NCBI GenBank assembly: GCA_043228905.1 | Contig: JBHGNT010000002.1 | Span: 24,676,001 to 24,740,000, forward strand | DNA: 64,000 nt | Direction: 5' to 3' | Source of the DNA: Azolla caroliniana | Taxonomy: Eukaryota; Plantae; Polypodiophyta | Shown: one piece after another, positions 59,695-64,000 of the stretch | How the letters are laid out: each line of letters opens with the position of its first letter | Numbering within the stretch: the stretch's first letter is position 1 | The notes under the pieces: generated by a model | Told to the model about the DNA's origin: nothing | The model's database searches: none | The model's input: only the letters and a program-made list of their open reading frames with translations | Made by a program: the position numbers and the translations under genes

Positions 59695-61990
59695 TCCTGA
59701 ATTGCCCATCTCACTCTCGACGAGAACAAGTATGCATGTGTCTAGTTGATTTTCTCAATTGAATATCGATGCATGAGGTACAACATTTGAAAGGTTGCAT
59801 CACAAACATGGATTACGAACAGATGATCAAGAGCATGGATTACAAAGCAACATGGGACGGTTCAAGTGAACATGGGTTAGGAGGAAGACATTGCATACCA
59901 TTCTCTACTTGCACTAAAAATATGTCTAATTACCAAAGATTGTATTAGCATCATGTATTGACTTCTCTCATAATGCATGAGACATGAAGTTCATTTCTCA
60001 TTATCGGTGATCTTATGGGATAGAAATTTATACTTTAACAAATTAGGGTGGGGAATAAGGAGGACATTTTATTTGGTGAGTTTCATATATCTTTTTGTGC
60101 TTTTTGCCTATTGTTTTTAACTCCATACCTCTCTTTAACATTTTTGGAACAATTTTTATCCTTTCCATCAATTTTGGTATTTTATTTTCTACTATGATCC
60201 ATGCTTATACATTTATATTTTAACCCTTTTTTTAACGTTGTTGTGAAGTTGAGGCTTCACGATATCGAAACAATGTTTACAATCTTGAGAAGTAAATTTT
60301 CCATCTGGAGCTTTCAATTTTTCGGTTTGTGAATTGGAGTTCAGAAGCCCAAGATACAACCTTTAGAAGGATCAATGCTACTCGAGACAAAAATGTAATT
60401 ATATCAAAAGGGGGGATTCAAAATTAAATAAGGGTGATTTGTAATTTTTCAAATGTACAATTACAAAATAGATAAATAAATAAATAATTTTATTTTTTAA
60501 AAATAGAAAAGAAAAGAAAAGAAAAGAAAAAAGAAACTCAATCGTCTAGCCCTTGCATGAGGCGGTTTGTAAACTGCCTCAAGGAGGGTGATAGGGTGGT
60601 TGACCCCACTATAAAAGCCACTCCTATCGTGGTTGAATAGGAGGGGAGGAGGAAAGAAAAGAGGAAGAAGAGAGGAAAGCAAGGAAAGAAGCTCGCATCA
60701 AGAGAAGGTGTAGGATGCAAAGGTCGCTCAAGAAGATGGTGGCATGCGTAATCCAACACAAATACCAGTGAAAAGGGAAAAGTAACAAGAGAAGAAAATT
60801 GGTGAAGTGGTTCAAGTCCTGCCAAAACAACTTCTTTTTGGTAAACAAGTTTTGAAAGATAAAAATAGTAAAGATAAAAACAAAGAAAGTTAAAATCAAT
60901 AGAGAGAGAAGAATCGATGTAGTTTATTTGATAAACCTTATTTTTAAGAGAGGAGTTAAGTTTGAGTCTTGCCAAATAACTTTTGGCAAACAAATATTGT
61001 AAGTAGTTTTTTACAAATAAAATTCTTTTCGAGACAACGTCGCATCTATCTTGTCTTCTCGCCTTCTTGTCATCACACCATCTGCATGATTATCCCCGAG
61101 TCACAGAACCCTGACGGCCGCGACACACAACCACAATATTTATGGCAACGCATTGAAGAGCTTGGAAAAGCAAAAAAACTTACGTGATGAAGCTACAACA
61201 AAACGTACATGTTTGTAAGCATGAGATATGGTATGCTACCTTTGTTGTTTATGTGACTAATATATAAAACAAAGTATAAAGTTGAAGTATTGACGTTTGT
61301 GGCTATATATAGATTCGAAAAAAAATTAAGTGCCACGTTACAATAAAGTAGCAAAGTACAAAACTGATTTACCTTTAAAAGATGACCCTTTTAGGATTTG
61401 ATTTGACTATATTGCACATATACATCGATGTTATGTATATGCATTCTCAAGATGATGGTTGGGTACATATTAATATATATAACAAAAGAGGGGATAGGTG
61501 ACCACATGGGGTAATGAGGTTTGGGAGGAGCAAATGGTGAAAGGGCCCACGGCCCACAGGGTCATGGGCTAAAAAGTTAATAAGGAGTAAGATGGGATAT
61601 CATGAGAGCATGTGCCATGGGGTACACAAGGTTTGACTATTATAACATGTTACTTTGACGTTTCATTGGCACAAAATTGTCTAATCATTCACCAAGTCAA
61701 ATATATTACTTGTTTTTTTTGTTCTTATCATTTAAATGGTCTAAGGTATTGAGAGCACGCTCATAGGATCTTTGGAGACATTTTAATAAACTTCGAACAA
61801 ACAACATGTTAGAATCCCTACACCAATGATGAATGACCTTTCACATTCACTCATAGACCAACAATTTCAATTAATCCAAGACGAATGAGTTTTCTAACTC
61901 AAATATGGGTTAATCGTTCAAAGTGCTAAATAAAGAACCAAATGATTTTGAACATCAACTCATGATGATATCATCATATAAGGCAATTCT

Positions 61991-61998
61991 TATATAAA
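61991..61998 (+). promoter_or_regulatory. Candidate TATA box of the TPR gene
   Basis: tatataaa about 70 bp upstream of the ATG, followed by a CT-rich leader; weak evidence in AT-rich DNA. Confidence 0.4.
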
Positions 61999-62067
61999 GT
62001 TTTAACTATTTTATTATAAGAATGCATATCTCTCTAGGATAAGAAAACCTCTCGCTCTCTAACCAAT

Positions 62068-62998
62068 ATGCTGCTAAGGACCTCCTCTACACTTAGTGCT
62101 ATTACGACCTCTCTTCAATACAACAATTTCCATATTATGACAATAGCTCAATCCCAACCAACCCTAGATTCAAGCTTTAATTATAACAATAGTCATCACG
62201 GTAGTAAGCATCATATTCCTAACCACCATGTGGGTTCTCATCTATCACTCGATCAATCACTAGAGAGTAGGAGAAATTTAGCTTTTACAAGTTTAACATT
62301 AAATATTGGTAATGATGGTGATAATGGTAACAATAATTTCCATGGTGTGAATGTAACATCTAAAGATGATGATAATAATGATATTAATTTGATCAGTAGA
62401 GAGAAATACTACCAAAAACTATTGGAGGAAGATCCACACAACCCTTTGCTTCTTGGGAACTATGGAGAGTTCTTGTACAAACACTCTCCTCATCGGGAAG
62501 AAGATATGAGGAAATGTGAAGAGCTCTATGAAATGGCCATTGTTGGAGATCCCACTGATGGCACAATTCTTGCACGCTATGCTGAGATACAATGGGATGT
62601 TCATAAAGACCGACAACAAGCTAAAGTTTACTATGATCAAGCCATCCAATCTTCCCCAAATGATTGGTATGTATGTGCATGTGCTCATGTACATATGCAT
62701 GTAAGCATACATTCATTAATAAGCTTCTTAACATTATATTTTTCATATATTTGTGTTACTTTCAAAATCTATGTGTTTCTTGTTTGACAATATTGTCACG
62801 TTTATATAAATGATCAAAATTGAATTGATTGAACTTCATATATAAAGGATATTAAAATGTTTTTGCAGCTATGTCATGGCTTCGTATGCTTCATTTCTAT
62901 GGAATGATGTGGAAGATGATGATGAAATAGATACAAAGATGATTGAGACTATTTCACCATCACTTATAACTCCGACATTGATTCGTGCAAAGACATAG
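62068..62998 (+). CDS. Plant TPR-like superfamily protein, 242 aa; exons 62068-62666 and 62869-62998
   Basis: N-terminal MLLRTSST; YYQKLLEEDPHNPLLLGNYGEFL, AIVGDPTDGTILARYA and YYDQAIQSSPND. A GT...AG intron (62667 gtatgt to ttttgcag 62868) restores PNDCYVMASYASFLW followed by an acidic tail, the typical C-terminus of this family. Confidence 0.92.
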
Positions 62999-64000
62999 AA
63001 CGTTGTTTATGAGAACAAGCCTACTCCTCTAGGCCCAATATGGTGTATATATTATACTATATGTATATATAATCCATTGCAATATGCTATGGAACCATTA
63101 GTTAGTCATGTATTAATATTAAACTACTCTTGCCCTTATTTATGTCTAGTTGTTAGCTACTAGAAACAAGTGACTGTAACACAAATTTGTTTTGAGCAAG
63201 CAATTACAAGGCCTAAATCATGTTAAGAAGGTTGTTGAGGAGTTGTTTAATATTCTATCTACCCAACTATTCCATTGCAAGAGAATTCTATTTGATGGTT
63301 AAAATTCAAAATATCCAATGGATATTGTAACCATATGTGTACATTTTTAATATGGCCTCTATTCAACAACATATAAGACAGAGGGTTTTACAAAATGGGA
63401 TTTAATTATATATATATGTTTATCTTTAAGACTTATCTAAAAGGCAAACATCTTGATATTGTACCACAAAAGTGTTTAACGCATTGACATAGTGACAACA
63501 TACCAACATCCATCCATTTTGTGTTTTGCCAATAGAAGAAGTTCATTCTACTCTAAAGATTTGTGCCATATGCCAACTAAGAGATAAATTACAATTCTAA
63601 GAGACACTTGCATGTTGAGAGATGATTGCAAGAGGTTTATTATGTCTTTAGTCCCTCAATTGCACTTGGAAAAATGTCTTGAATTGTCTACTTCTTGAAT
63701 CCTCAAGGTAAACTTGACAGAGAGTCTCATCATTAATCAGATTATATTCATTGAATGTTCGACTACAAGTCCATAAGAATATTCCAAATAATTAATGACC
63801 CAAGCTTTGGAGAATGAAATTTTCCTGATGTGATCACACTTAAAATTAAAAACATGTATTAATTTTTTCAACTTTGTTCTTTGAACTAACTAGGAAAACC
63901 TCAATCTTCTTTAGGCTTTGTAGATATGTCTCCCAACCACCACACCTATGAAGCTTGTTGCTCTTAGTTTTGACAACTCAATATTGTTGAAGCCCCAATA

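Noticed and set aside
60540-61125. Candidate solo LTR (ctataaaag box, ends ...gcgaca)
   Set aside because: No 5' TG terminus or clean TSD could be identified.
62667-62787. C-terminal 40 aa of the 239-aa ORF
   Set aside because: Read-through into the intron; the conserved family C-terminus is in exon 2.

Overview
Eukaryotic nuclear DNA, probably from a seed-free land plant (fern, lycophyte or bryophyte; inferred from the TE lineages, not proven). The window is mostly transposable elements. I can support two host loci: a MIR160 hairpin on the minus strand at about 2.2-2.3 kb and a two-exon TPR-protein gene at 62068-62998. The core (15097-42157) is a nest of insertions whose junctions can be read from target-site duplications. 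Copia A contains a 4-kb TIR DNA element and Copia B. Copia B contains Copia C and a solo LTR. Copia C contains Gypsy D. Outside the nest are several L1-type and RTE-like LINE remnants, a nearly intact Copia E cut by a 100-N assembly gap, and a tandem pair of tRNA-derived SINE-like units. The most unusual object is the TIR element at 16295-20332. It has 37-bp TIRs, an apparent 4-bp TSD, and a central mirror-symmetric array of about 17 units of a roughly 50-bp palindrome, flanked by two divergently oriented decayed coding remnants. Also notable: an apparent capsid-domain swap between sister Copias C and E, an in-frame 167-codon charged extension after RNase H in Copia B, tRNA-Trp priming and a 4-bp TSD for Gypsy D, and strong CCGG enrichment in the young LTR elements. 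All counts and identities are by-eye estimates.
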